From positions 1-64,000 of the forward strand of contig MNCI01000838.1 of the NCBI GenBank assembly GCA_015680685.1: a stretch of 64,000 nt of DNA. The letters are read 5' to 3'. Below are positions 1 to 10,994 of the stretch, one piece after another. The notes below the pieces were generated by a model that searched no databases, was not told where the DNA came from, and was given only the letters and a program-made list of their open reading frames with translations. This stretch comes from Gnetum montanum (lineage: Eukaryota > Plantae > Gnetophyta). The first letter of the stretch is position 1. Every line of letters begins with the position of its first letter. Made by a program: the position numbers and the translations under genes.

Positions 1-1979
1 GTTTTTGTTTTTGGATCTTTAAAACCAAAAAGCCCAATCCAAATTGAATGACCAATTTCGTGGTTCACAATTTTTCATCTTGCATCCTTTCTGAAAATGA
101 AACCAAGGTTCTAGGCTATGGTTTAAAACTCATTCCCTACCCCCTTCCCATGGATAAATTGGGGCCATTCTTAAAGAATTTACTGCATTCACTCATCTTT
201 TGTGTCTGCGTAACTTTTTTAAGAATAAACTAGAAGACAACCTTTCATCCTTTGAATTTATTTCTACTCTTCAAATGGAAAAAAATAAAACTACACCATC
301 CCAATAAATGGAATCCCCCTGCAAGTAGTTTCAATCTAGAGCTAGAGCACAACATTCAATGTTGCCTTGACTCCCTCGAAACTACTCTTACCATCATTAA
401 TTTTTGTAGTAGACCCCTTCTTCTGAGATGTCTTCTTAGAGCACTTCATGGACTTTAGAATGATAAAAGTATCATGATTCATCCTGCGGATAAAAACTTG
501 GGGGTTTTTGTTTTGGATTCTAGTTGGTACATGGATGAACCAACTAGTTAGCTTACCGATCCAAAAGTCTATCTTCATGTAGACTCCGTTCCATGGGATT
601 CTCTTCATCACCAATTGTTCTCTTTTGTTAATCAATTTTCAAAAATTCTCTCTAATTTTAAGGATGCATTTTTACAAAATAAGGTATTTAAACCTTGTAA
701 TTTTTACATCATCCCTAAAATTCACACCCNGAAGGTATTTAAACCTTGTAATTTTTACATCATCCCTAAAATTCACACCCCAATTTTGGTTGGACGCCCT
801 ATTTGTTTATACAAGGGCTATCTCCTTGAACCTGCTTCTCGCCTTCTCCATTTTCTACTATTTCCAATTCTTTGTCATCAACCATATCACCTCAAAGATT
901 CCTCTACCCTAATCTGAGACCTCCATGCTAGATCTCTACCTCAAAATGTATTTATTTTTACATTTTATGTAAAATCATTGTATCCCAACATTTCCATAGA
1001 TCAAGGGCTCTTGGCTCTTCAAAACATGGTTGATGAATATTTTGCTACAAGTCCCATACCTTTGCAATCACTATACAACAATGCCATCATGGAGCTTTCT
1101 ACATTAGTGCTTCAAAAATACTACCTTGAGTTCAACGGGCTTGTCTACAAAAAAATCAAGGGCACTAGCATGGGTAGCAACTTTGTCGTTGTCTACATAT
1201 GCCTTTTCTTGTGTCACCTGGAAAAATAGGTTTTCATTGCTCCTTTTTCTGATGACCTTTTATATTTTAAAAGGTTTATTGATGATGCTTTTGGCATATG
1301 GATTGACATGGAAGATTCTCTTCATACCTTGCTAGAAAGGTATGGTAATGTTTATCCTTTAAGAAACATTACCCCCACCATTTTTGACTCTGTAATTAAT
1401 ATATTGGATGTTATTTTTTTCAAAGGTTCTCAATTTTCTAACACTAGTATTCTATCTACCAAGTGTTATCAGAAACCTTTGAATGCATATCAATACATCC
1501 CCTTCTCCTCTTGGCATCTCTTCCATCAGAAGAAGGATTTTATTATTGTGTAACTGAAAAGATATCTTCTTAGGGAATCATTCCTTGGCGACCTTCAATA
1601 GATTCAGAGATAATTGTTTCAGAGAATTTGGTCTCATGGCTATCCTTCTCACTTACTGTTTAAATGCTTCAGTGTAGTTCCTGCTACTTCTTGTGGATCC
1701 CTTCTGAAAAAAATCATCAAAGTCATGGCATTCATAGGAAACGGACTCCTAAATCCTATACTTTGTCATCTTCGCCAAAAATATCCAACACTCCAGAACG
1801 CTATTCCAAAAGTGATCTCATGTTGGTAAAATCCTAAAAAGTTGCAATCCTTGCTTGTTCGAAAGAGATTCAGGTACTTGACCCCCATCCCCACTTCAGC
1901 CTAAATCAGTGGGGCCAATTTAATTTTTGAACTCATCCATATTTTTTTAATTATTTTGGTCAAAGTTTGGGTATCTTTA
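1..1979 (+). mobile_element. Penelope-like retroelement, copy 1 (partial, endonuclease-deficient)
   Basis: Homologous to copies at 10886-20460. PLE RT motifs present. pLTR is cut at ~1979 where Tat RNase H sequence begins. Confidence 0.9.
48..1904 (+). pseudogene. PLE reverse transcriptase (stops/frameshifts)
   Basis: Motifs VHNFSSCILSENETKVLGYGLK, ADKNLG, FYIIPKIH..GRPI, KGTSMGS, KRFIDDAFG and YQKPLNAYQYIPFSSWH. Motif A reads FYVKS instead of FDVES. Confidence 0.9.
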
Positions 1980-4162
1980 TCCACCTCAGAGCAATAAACC
2001 ATTCTACATCTACCTTGCCACGTCAGATTCATTAATTGCATCTATGCTTTGCCAAAAATGGGATGATGGGACTAAGGTTCCTATTTACTACTTGAGCCAT
2101 GCATTAGTAGCCCATGAACAATGTTACAATGACGTGGAAAGATCATGCCTTGCCCTTATCTTTTCTTTAAAGAAGTGGTGACATTATCTCTTTTGAAACC
2201 AAGTCAACATAATCTGTAAGGACAATGTGCTCAAAGCTATCACAAACAACATATATGAATCAAATAAGATAGCTCAATTGAAAGCAATGATTGCTGAATT
2301 TGACCTACGTTACATAACCCAATCGTCCATCAAAGGTCAAGAGATAGTCAATCAGATGACCGCATCACCAACACAAGGTCAAGTGATGATTAATCTAGAG
2401 TTTCTAGATGAAAGTGTAAGCATAATTATGATGCAATATTAAATTTTGATGGAGCATCCACCTCCCAAGGTGGAAGTGCCACTGCTGTTATCACATATCT
2501 GTCCAGGGAAATCCAACCCTTTTCTTACCAATTTAACTTTCCTTGTACCAATAACATAGCAGAGTATGAAGGTCTCCTTAGAGGCCTCATGGTAGCACAA
2601 GCTTCAAAAATCACATGTCTCATAGTCAGAGGTGACTCGCAATTAATCATAAACCAAGTTAAATATGTTTACACATGCAAAGTGTCCCATCTACAACCCT
2701 ACTGTGACTTGACAAAACACTTGTTGAAACAGTTTATAAATATAGAACTACAACATGTTCCTAGAAATGACAATACCATCACAGACGCATTAGCCACTTT
2801 AGCTCTAAACATCTCACTAGACATGTTTCATGTGTTTCCTAGTTCCATCACAAGTTGTGAAAAACCCATAACTAACGCTTCCAATGAACTTCCCATAGCA
2901 TCCGTTAGCACGACACATGCTGTATAATGGTACGATGACACCAAAGAGTACCTTCTACATGGCAAACCACCTCAACATCTAACAAATGCTCAGAAGGACA
3001 CGGTCCAAAAATTCTCTCGGTAGTATACACTAGTAGGAGATACGTTATGTCGTAGATCCTACGAAGGCATCTTGTTAACATGTGTTAGTAGTACCGATGG
3101 TCAAATCGTCGTGGATCAAGTTCATGAGGGACTATGCGGAGGGCACATAGCGCCCAAAGAAATGGCAACCAAAATAAGACACTTAGGGTACTATTGGCCA
3201 CCTATGGAGTACGACTATTTCTCCAAGGTCAAAATGTGCAATACGTGTCAAAAGAATGGTAATCTTATGCATGTTCCACCCAATGAGTTGCATACATCTC
3301 AAATCACATGGCCTTTCCAGAAATGGGGGTTAGACATCATTGGACCAATAACTCCCCCATCTTCAACGGGGTATAGCTTCATCATAACTACGATTGAATA
3401 CTTCATGAAATGGGTAGAAGCTATTCCTCTTAGGAAGACCACATAGAAACAAGTATGCAACTTTATCCTTGAAAACATTGTGACATGTTTCGGCATCTCG
3501 ATAACTATCATCACTGATAATGGGCCACAATTCAGCAATGTTAATAAAAATGTTCTATGAAAGCCTAGGTATTAAACACATTTTTATCACCTTACTATCC
3601 TCAAGGCAATGGAAAAGTAGAAGCTACAAATAAAACTATCATCATGGTGCTCAGGAAGATGCTCACTCACAGCAAGAGAAGATGGCACGAGTAGCTAGTA
3701 TACGCGTTATGGGACTATTGGACTATGTATAAGACATCCACAGGTAAAACACTATATAGCCTTGTTTATGGTTCAAAAGTTGTTTTACCTCTAGAGTTGC
3801 AGGTACCATCCTTGAGGATCACGCTATCCGAACTCCTCGATGAAGGTTAAAACAATGAGTTGCGCATTGTTGACCTTGACTCGGTGGAAGAAGAATGCAC
3901 ACGAATGCTTGATCAAATCGAGTGGTACTAGAAGCAACAACAATGGTGCCATCAACATGACATCCATAAGCGCCTGATCAAAGAAGGGGACCCTATACTT
4001 AAGGTAGTTCATGAACACGTAGACAAGTTCTTAGCCAACTGGGAAGGGCCTTACTTGGTCACCAAAGCGGACAGTAACGGAGCATTAAAACTTGTAGAAA
4101 TGGATGGAAACAAATTGGCCAATCCTATGAATCACGTGTACCTGAAACCATTTTACGTTTGA
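1980..4162 (+). pseudogene. Ty3/Gypsy Tat pol remnant: RNase H, additional aRH, integrase (element A)
   Basis: IYYLSHAL (RH); FDGAS..TNNIAEYEGLLRGL..GDSQL (aRH); HEGLCGGH..GYYWP..CNTCQ, WGLDIIGP, TDNGPQF, GNGKVEATNK and WEGPY (integrase). Confidence 0.9.
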
Positions 4163-4179
4163 TGGTCTTAAGGTACATC

Positions 4180-4895
4180 TTCATCCTAGCATCATGACGG
4201 TAAACTAATATCACAGAATGTCCTGGGTTATGACTCAAAACTAACACCATATAACATCCTAGCATTATGATGGTAAATTGATACCATAGAACATCCTGGC
4301 ATCATGACGGTAAACTGATACCACAGAACGTCCTAGGTTATGACTAAAAACTAACACCACAAAACATCCTATCATCATGACAATAAACTAATACCATAGA
4401 ATGTCCTAGCATCATGATGGTAAACTGATACCACAGAACGTCCTGGGTTATAACTCAAAACTAACACCACAGAACGTCCTGGCGTCATGACGGTAAACTG
4501 ATACCACAGAACGTCTTGGCATTATGATGGTAAACTTATACCACAGAATGTCCTAGGTTATGACTCAAAACTAACACCACAGAACATCCTAGATTATGAC
4601 TCTAAACTAACACCATAGACCATCCTGGTGTCATGATGGTAAACTGATACCATAGATACGTCTGGGTGTCGTGACGATAAACCAACATCATAGAGCTTTG
4701 TCCGACATAACGTTAAATTGTCACAGTCATTCACTAGCATTTGCTAAGACTATAAACTAGCTTTCCTCTTCATAGTCCTCCACAACTATAAAATAACATT
4801 GTACCATCCACTACGATGATAAACTGGCAATGTACAATGGGTTATGATACACAACTAACCCATGATAGTCCGCTAAGACTATAAACTAGCAAGAT
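4180..4895 (+). repeat. Tandem ~36-37 bp repeats downstream of integrase
   Basis: Alternating units CATCATGACGGTAAACTGATACCACAGAACGTCCTGG and GTTATGACTCAAAACTAACACCACAGAAC. Confidence 0.9.
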
Positions 4896-5899
4896 CATCT
4901 CTGGCACATTCACATGCTATTGTAATTCATGACATTTCTTCATCAACACCTGCCACATCATTCATCACATCGGCTCTAACAACACTATTGCTACTCATTT
5001 TGTTTGGCTTAATTTTTACATGGTGCCTCCATTTGCATTAGCCACATTCGTGTCTAAGGTGTGTGCTAACTCATTCACTTGTGATTTTCTTATCTTCTTG
5101 GAGTTGTGTTTGTAGGATGACACCCAGTGGTGCTCGTACACGGATACACTTCATCACAGTGACAAGGTTCCACATTGTTTCTGATGCATGCAACCAAGTT
5201 AATCAATCTGTTCAAAAGTACATTCCCAGTTTTTGATACATTCTCCACTGCCCCAACACTCTCGTTCCCTTTCCTACTTGGTTACAGTTCCTAGATACAC
5301 CCAGTACACCCCAAAAATTTGAGCACACTATCGCATGTTGCGACACTCTCAAGAAGCTGCAACACATAACATGGCACATGAGCATGAGTGTAAAATTGAA
5401 AAGAAAGCTCTATTAAAAAAAAAACAAAAAAAAACACAAGACCCTTGGCACTTCCCATACAAGCCCCAGGTGGAAAGGTAGTTGTCTTGGAAAGAAGTAT
5501 TTGTGTCTCAAACCATCATGTTTCACCTCATTGTGTGGCTTTGGTTGTGACAAAAACTGCTCTCGAACATGATACAAGAGTCTTGTTCCTCCAAAGGAAG
5601 CACACGTCATTCCGTGGTTTCAAGTTTGCCAAATGCTGGCCATCGACAAGGACCAACATGGGTCTTCAGCATGGATGAAAACTCCTCTCCTACACTTGCA
5701 CAATCCCTCAATTAATTCCCAATACCACAGTTGCAAACATCTCCCTACCCATCTCAAAACCTTATTTCCTACACCCATGTACTCTTAACATAATGCGAGG
5801 ATATCTGGCCACGTGTTAAAGGACAATGCTACTAAGTTGCTCGTGGTGTTTTGTACTTCTTTGTCGACACTTCTTGAGCCAATTCCTCCAAGAGTCAAC

Positions 5900-5908
5900 A
5901 AAGAGGGG
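5900..5908 (+). other. Polypurine tract of element A
   Basis: AAAGAGGGG a few bases before TGAAACACC; same motif at 63303. Confidence 0.75.
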
Positions 5909-5912
5909 CTAA

Positions 5913-7514
5913 TGAAACACCACAAAAATTTTGGCTAAACACTTGTAGACAAAAATGGAGCAAAGTCATGCTAGACTTCAACATGACCAAGTTTGAAAGC
6001 TTCACAAACGACATCAGACGGAGTCAAACCAAGCATGTAAAAGTTCCCTTGAAACACCTTGAAAAGTTCAAGGCCTTGACAGTTTAGCTAAAGGCTGATG
6101 ATTCAGATGAAGGGCCACAACAAGGTGTGGCGCATCAAGTTCCTTTTCAGCTCAAGGTCTGTCCTACCACACTGCATAGCACAAGCATAAGTAAATTCCA
6201 AAGGACAGAGTAAAGCGACGGATGCATGATGGCCAAGCTTCCAACTTCGCAAGTTATCTATTTCAAAAATCTTAACTTTTGGAAAATTACACTATATTAC
6301 GCTACATAGCGTAACATCACATTTTGCAGCATAATATCAAAGACAGCCCACCATAGCATCAAGGATGACAAACATGCAAGACTTTGACAGCCCAGTAAAA
6401 ATCTCAAGTCCTAAGCAACAATCTGCAGTATGACGTACATTTCAGTGAGTTTTCTTTCCTGGTTAAGGGGCCCATTATGCTTCTTTACGTAGTGAAGCAT
6501 AGTAAAAACCCTAAAAAGGATAGAAATAGAGGAAGCATGGCAACAACACTTTAGCTTTTGCAGTTTCGTCATTTTACGGTAAACTACGCTATGATGCGTA
6601 ATTTAGTGTAATGCAGCGTAATTCAAGTAACAACAAACACATCAGTAGTTCATATGCTCCAATATGCTCTCTAGCATATTACAGTGTAATCAAAGGATAG
6701 CTTTTTGCTCAAGCCCACATGAGGGTAGTTTACGACGCGCTACGCAGCATAGCATTGTAAGCTTCAACGACAACACATTGAGTCAATGGCATTTTGTGAG
6801 TGCAGGACATGCATCATTTAAATTTCATTTTTCTCCTGAACCTAACCTTATAAATGCTCCAGTTGACGAAGATCAAAGGGTTGGCAAAATTTTTCTTTCA
6901 AGGCTGACAAAAGAGCAAAAGAGAATCAGTGATTGTGAGGACGCCGGAGGTGATTGAAAATAATTCTTGATCAGAAGAAATTAGCTATCGGATATTCTTC
7001 CACGATTCTGACTTCCTTATGCCCAAACTAGCTAGATCAAGGTAGATTGATCCTCACTTATTTCATCTTTATGTAACTTTCTTGTTATTGGCATATGCTT
7101 CTTCCAAACCGAAGCTCTCCTGAAGTCAGTGTATCAAACATATTGTTTTTCATAAATTAAATCCCAGATCTTGTGGTCATATTATCTATCAAATCTGATC
7201 TCTTACACCCTAGTTAAATGTATTTGATAATATTATCTAAATCATTTGGCAATCTTATCTAAATCATTTGCATTACCTTCAATTGCTTTCAGGGTAACAA
7301 CATTGCATCTCTTTATAGAGAATCTGCATTTTGCCATCAAAATTATTGCCAAACCTTTTACTGATTAAATAAGTCCTTGTCTAATCGACAACACCATTCA
7401 GGGCACCTCAGATTCATCTTTCTCTAGCAAGACCCTCACATAGATCCGGGGTTAGAATTGTGTACACGGATTTTCGTTCGGTATTTCCAGCGATCGACGT
7501 TTTCCATCGTTACA
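5913..7514 (+). mobile_element. 3' LTR of Tat element A
   Basis: Starts TGAAACACC after the PPT and ends ..ATCGTTACA. Its 3' part is homologous to LTR ends at 26596, 38181 and 48799. Confidence 0.75.
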
Positions 7515-8758
7515 TCCCCGAGATACACTGGAGACTACATCAACATCTGGCAACAAGAACTGCAATTTTGAAACTCAAAACACTTATTTTTGACTAAGTA
7601 TACTTCTTGCACACACGCCTGCATGCCCAGCATGCATCTCAGCATGCAGCAACTTTTGGGCCCCAAAAATGAGCCAAAACATGAAGGAATTAAGCGTATG
7701 GATCCCCAAGGACCTTCCCTAAGGTCCCCAGCAGCTCTTAGGCACCTAGAAATCAAATTTTTGGATCCAAATGATGGGTTTTCATTCCTACACCAGTGTG
7801 CATGCCCAGCCTGCACTGTCCAGTGTGCATGTCCAACATACAGCCCAGCATACAGCCTAGCGGACACCAGTTGAAGCCTTCACAAAACCATGCCAAATCA
7901 AGTCCAAATGAGCTGAAAATCCATAGCTAGCATTCTCATGACATCAGAGCCCAAATCCAAGGGTCAATTTCATGATTTTCTTTTGTAACAATAGTGTTCA
8001 TTTGTAAAATTCAACTCTTTTGTGTTGGTCAAGTCTGCACGCTGCGTGCACACGCCTGGCATGTAGACGCTGGCATGCAGCATGTTGTACAATTGTAATC
8101 TTCGTTACACTTGAGAAATGTAGCCACATGTCATTCGACCAAAAAATTTCTCATCCATGGCCACTCATACCCTTCCAAATCTAAATCTAATACCCAGGGT
8201 CTCATAAAAATCCCAATTTTACAAACGGAAAAAAAAAAATAGGAACTGGGAGCACATTGAGAAAATCGGGACATTAATCCTATACGCTGGACTTCAACCC
8301 TTCATGTTGAACATATAGCCTTCAAGCTGTGCATGCAGTCAAAATCGACATACCATCATCCATCCGCATCCACCGAGGCTCTTCGTCTACCTTGTGTTAG
8401 TCCCACAATTGCGTTCAGACCGGTGCACTGTAATCCTCATTTTTGCAATAAAATTGCCTCATTTCTGATTAAGATTTTTTATAGTCTACATTTATTCTTG
8501 GCTATCTCTCTGTTTACATTTCTACACATTTAGATTCTAGTTTACGCTCATTACGCTATTTACACATAACCCAGCGTGTTGTACATTGGCATACATTTGG
8601 GGAAATACTTGTTTGATCCGCGTGTAGACCACCCAAAGTACTCTACCTTCGTCAGTTCCAGCTCACCCTCAAGAAAAGGTAGTGTCTTCTATGCCTGTCT
8701 ATAGATCTCTCGGTGTCCGTTTCATTCTAGCCGTGCATCGATGATTTCAAACAGTACA
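7515..8758 (+). mobile_element. 3' part of another Tat LTR (family of 38305-40228), inserted in PLE RT
   Basis: Last ~170 bp align with 40060-40228. Ends ACAGTACA, then PLE RT sequence resumes. Confidence 0.7.
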
Positions 8759-9868
8759 CTACTATTCCCAATTCTTTGTCATTAACCATATTACCTCAAA
8801 GATTCCTCTACCCTAATCCGAGACCTCCATGCTAGATCTCTACCTCAAAATGTATTCTTTTTTACATTTGATGTAGAATCGTTATATCTTAGCATTCCCA
8901 TGGATCAGGGGCTCTTGGCTCTTCAAAACATGGTTGATGAATATTTTGCTGCAAATCCCATACCTTTGCAGTCACTATACAACAATGGCATCATGGAGCT
9001 TTCTACATTGATGCTTTGAGAACACTACCTCAAGTTCAATGGGGTTGTCTACAAACAAATCAGGGGTACTACCATGGGTAGCAACTTTGCTGTTGTCTAC
9101 GCATGCCTTTTTTCTTTTCACCTGGAAAAACAAATTTTTGTTGTTCCTTTGTCTGATAACTTTTTATATTTTAAAAGGTTTATCGATGATGCTTTTGGCA
9201 TATGGAGTGGAATAGAAGATTACTACCATACCTTGCTTGAAAGGTATGGTAATATTTATCCTTCAATAAACAATACCGCCACCATTTTAGACTCTGCAAT
9301 TAATATTTTGGATGTTAATTTTTTCAAAGGTTCTCAATTTTCTAACACTAGAATTCTATCTACCAAGTGTTATCAGAAGCCTTTGAATGCATATCAGTAC
9401 ATCCCCTTCTCCTCTTGGCATCCCTTCCATCAGAAGAAGGCTTTTATTATTGCAAAACTAAAAAGGTATCTTCTCAGGTAATCCTGCCTTGACGACATTC
9501 AACAGATTCGACGATAATTGTTTTAAATAATTTAGGCTCATGGCTATCCTTCCCACTTATTGTTTAAATGCTTCAGTCTAGTTATTGCTACTTCTCGTGG
9601 ATCCCTTCTGGAAAGACCTCATCAAAGTCATGGTGTTCATAGGAAAGAGACCCCTCTTTTCTTCAAAATGGATTTCAGTCCTTCCACTAAATCCTTGAAT
9701 GTGAGGGCACTCCTAAACCTTATACTTTGTTAGCTTTTCCAAAAATATCTGACACTCCATAACATCATTCTAGAAGTGATCTCATGTTGGTAAAATCCTA
9801 AAAAGCTGTAATCCTTGCTTGTTTGAAACAAATTCAGGTGCTCAACCTCAACCTCCACTTCGGCCTAA
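8759..9868 (+). pseudogene. PLE RT C-terminal half, copy 2
   Basis: FTFDVESLY, GTTMGSNFAVVYA, YFKRFIDDAFGIW, SWHPFHQKKAF. Ends ..NPKKL*SLLV..TSA* with no GIY-YIG. Confidence 0.9.
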
Positions 9869-9988
9869 ATGAGTGGGGCCGATTTAAGTTTTGAACTCAT
9901 CCATAGTTTTTTAATTATTTCAGTTAAAGTTGGGGTATCTTTAAAAAGAACACCTTTTTCCTCTTTGACTTTGTACATCCATTGCTAA

Positions 9989-10032
9989 AACATACTAAAG
10001 AGGGGTGTAGCTCCTCGAAAATGTTTTGTGTT
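9989..10032 (+). ncRNA. Minimal type I hammerhead ribozyme (degenerate)
   Basis: AACATA-CTaAAGA-GGGG tgtagct CCTC-GAAA-ATGT-TT-TGTGTT. Confidence 0.7.
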
Positions 10033-10160
10033 CCTTGCTTTGTTTATCCATGTCAAGTTTGAGGCTTGATCAATTTTTGTTCCTTTATAATTTTCCTTTT
10101 GTCTCTACTTTCCTTTAATTCTAAACCATATTTTCGTAAGCCACACAAGATCACTGCAAA

Positions 10161-10278
10161 GTTTTTTCAGCTAACGCTAAAAAAATTTTTTAGCTAACCG
10201 AAAAAAATTTTCAGGCAACCCAAAATTTTTTTAGCTAACCCTAAAATTTTTTCAGTTAACCTTAACTAATTTTTCAAC
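10161..10278 (+). repeat. PLE 3'-terminal 21-22 bp repeats (TTTTTCAGCTAACCCTAAAA)
   Basis: About five degenerate units; same units at 20361-20462 and 20908-21050. Confidence 0.85.
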
Positions 10279-10410
10279 AAACCCTAAACCCTAAACTATG
10301 AACCCTCAACCCTAAAACCCTAGAACCCTAGAACCCTAAACCATAAACCAGAAACCCTAAATCCTAAACCCTAAGAACCCTGAACCCTAAACCCTAAACT
10401 CTAAACCCTA
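10279..10410 (+). repeat. Interstitial plant telomere repeat tract (CCCTAAA)n with variants
   Basis: AAACCCTAAACCCTAAA.. with CCCTAGAA, CCCTGAA and CCATAAA variants. Confidence 0.92.
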
Positions 10411-10885
10411 TACTTTTTCAGCTTTGCCAAAAAGAGCTGACACTCCACAACACCATTCCGGAAGTGATCCCAGGTTGGTGAAATCCTAAAAAGCTACAAT
10501 CCTTGCTTGTTCAGAACAAATTCAGGTGCTCGACCCCCACCCCCACCTCGGCCTAAACGAGTGGGGCTGGTTTAATTTTTGAACTCATCCATAGTTTTTT
10601 AATTATTACAGTCAAATTTTGGGTATCTTTAAGAAGAGCACCTTTTGTCTCTTTGACTTTGTACATCCATTGCTGAAACATACTGAAGAGGGTGCAACTC
10701 CCCAAAATTTTTTTTTCTTCATTACTTTTGTGTGTTCATGTCAAGTTTTAGCCTTGTTCAATTTTTGTTCCTTTGAGTTTTCTCCTTTTTTCCTTTTGTC
10801 TCTACTTCACTTCCATTCTAAACCATACTTTCATGAGCCACACAAGATCACTAGAAAATGTTTTCAGCTCAACCTTAAAATTTTT
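10403..10885 (+). mobile_element. PLE pseudo-LTR (5'-truncated copy)
   Basis: Repeats the RT 3' end plus 3' UTR starting at TAAACCCTATACTT. Contains a degenerate hammerhead at 10677-10720. Confidence 0.85.
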
Positions 10886-10994
10886 TGTCTATCTTGCTGC
10901 CTAATGAAAGATGAGATCTATAGGTTATTAATCCTTTGCTTTCAACCAACCATCACTTACTGTCTCCCAATAAGAAGTGACTTTTGGTCCTTCT

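Noticed and set aside
680-780. Direct duplication of KVFKPCNFYIIPKIHT in RT
   Set aside because: The copies flank a single n and other PLE copies lack the duplication, so this is an unmerged contig overlap. The same applies at 25243 and 34735.
4180-4700. CRISPR-like regular repeats
   Set aside because: No unique spacers and no cas genes; these are Tat 3' UTR tandem repeats in a eukaryotic context.
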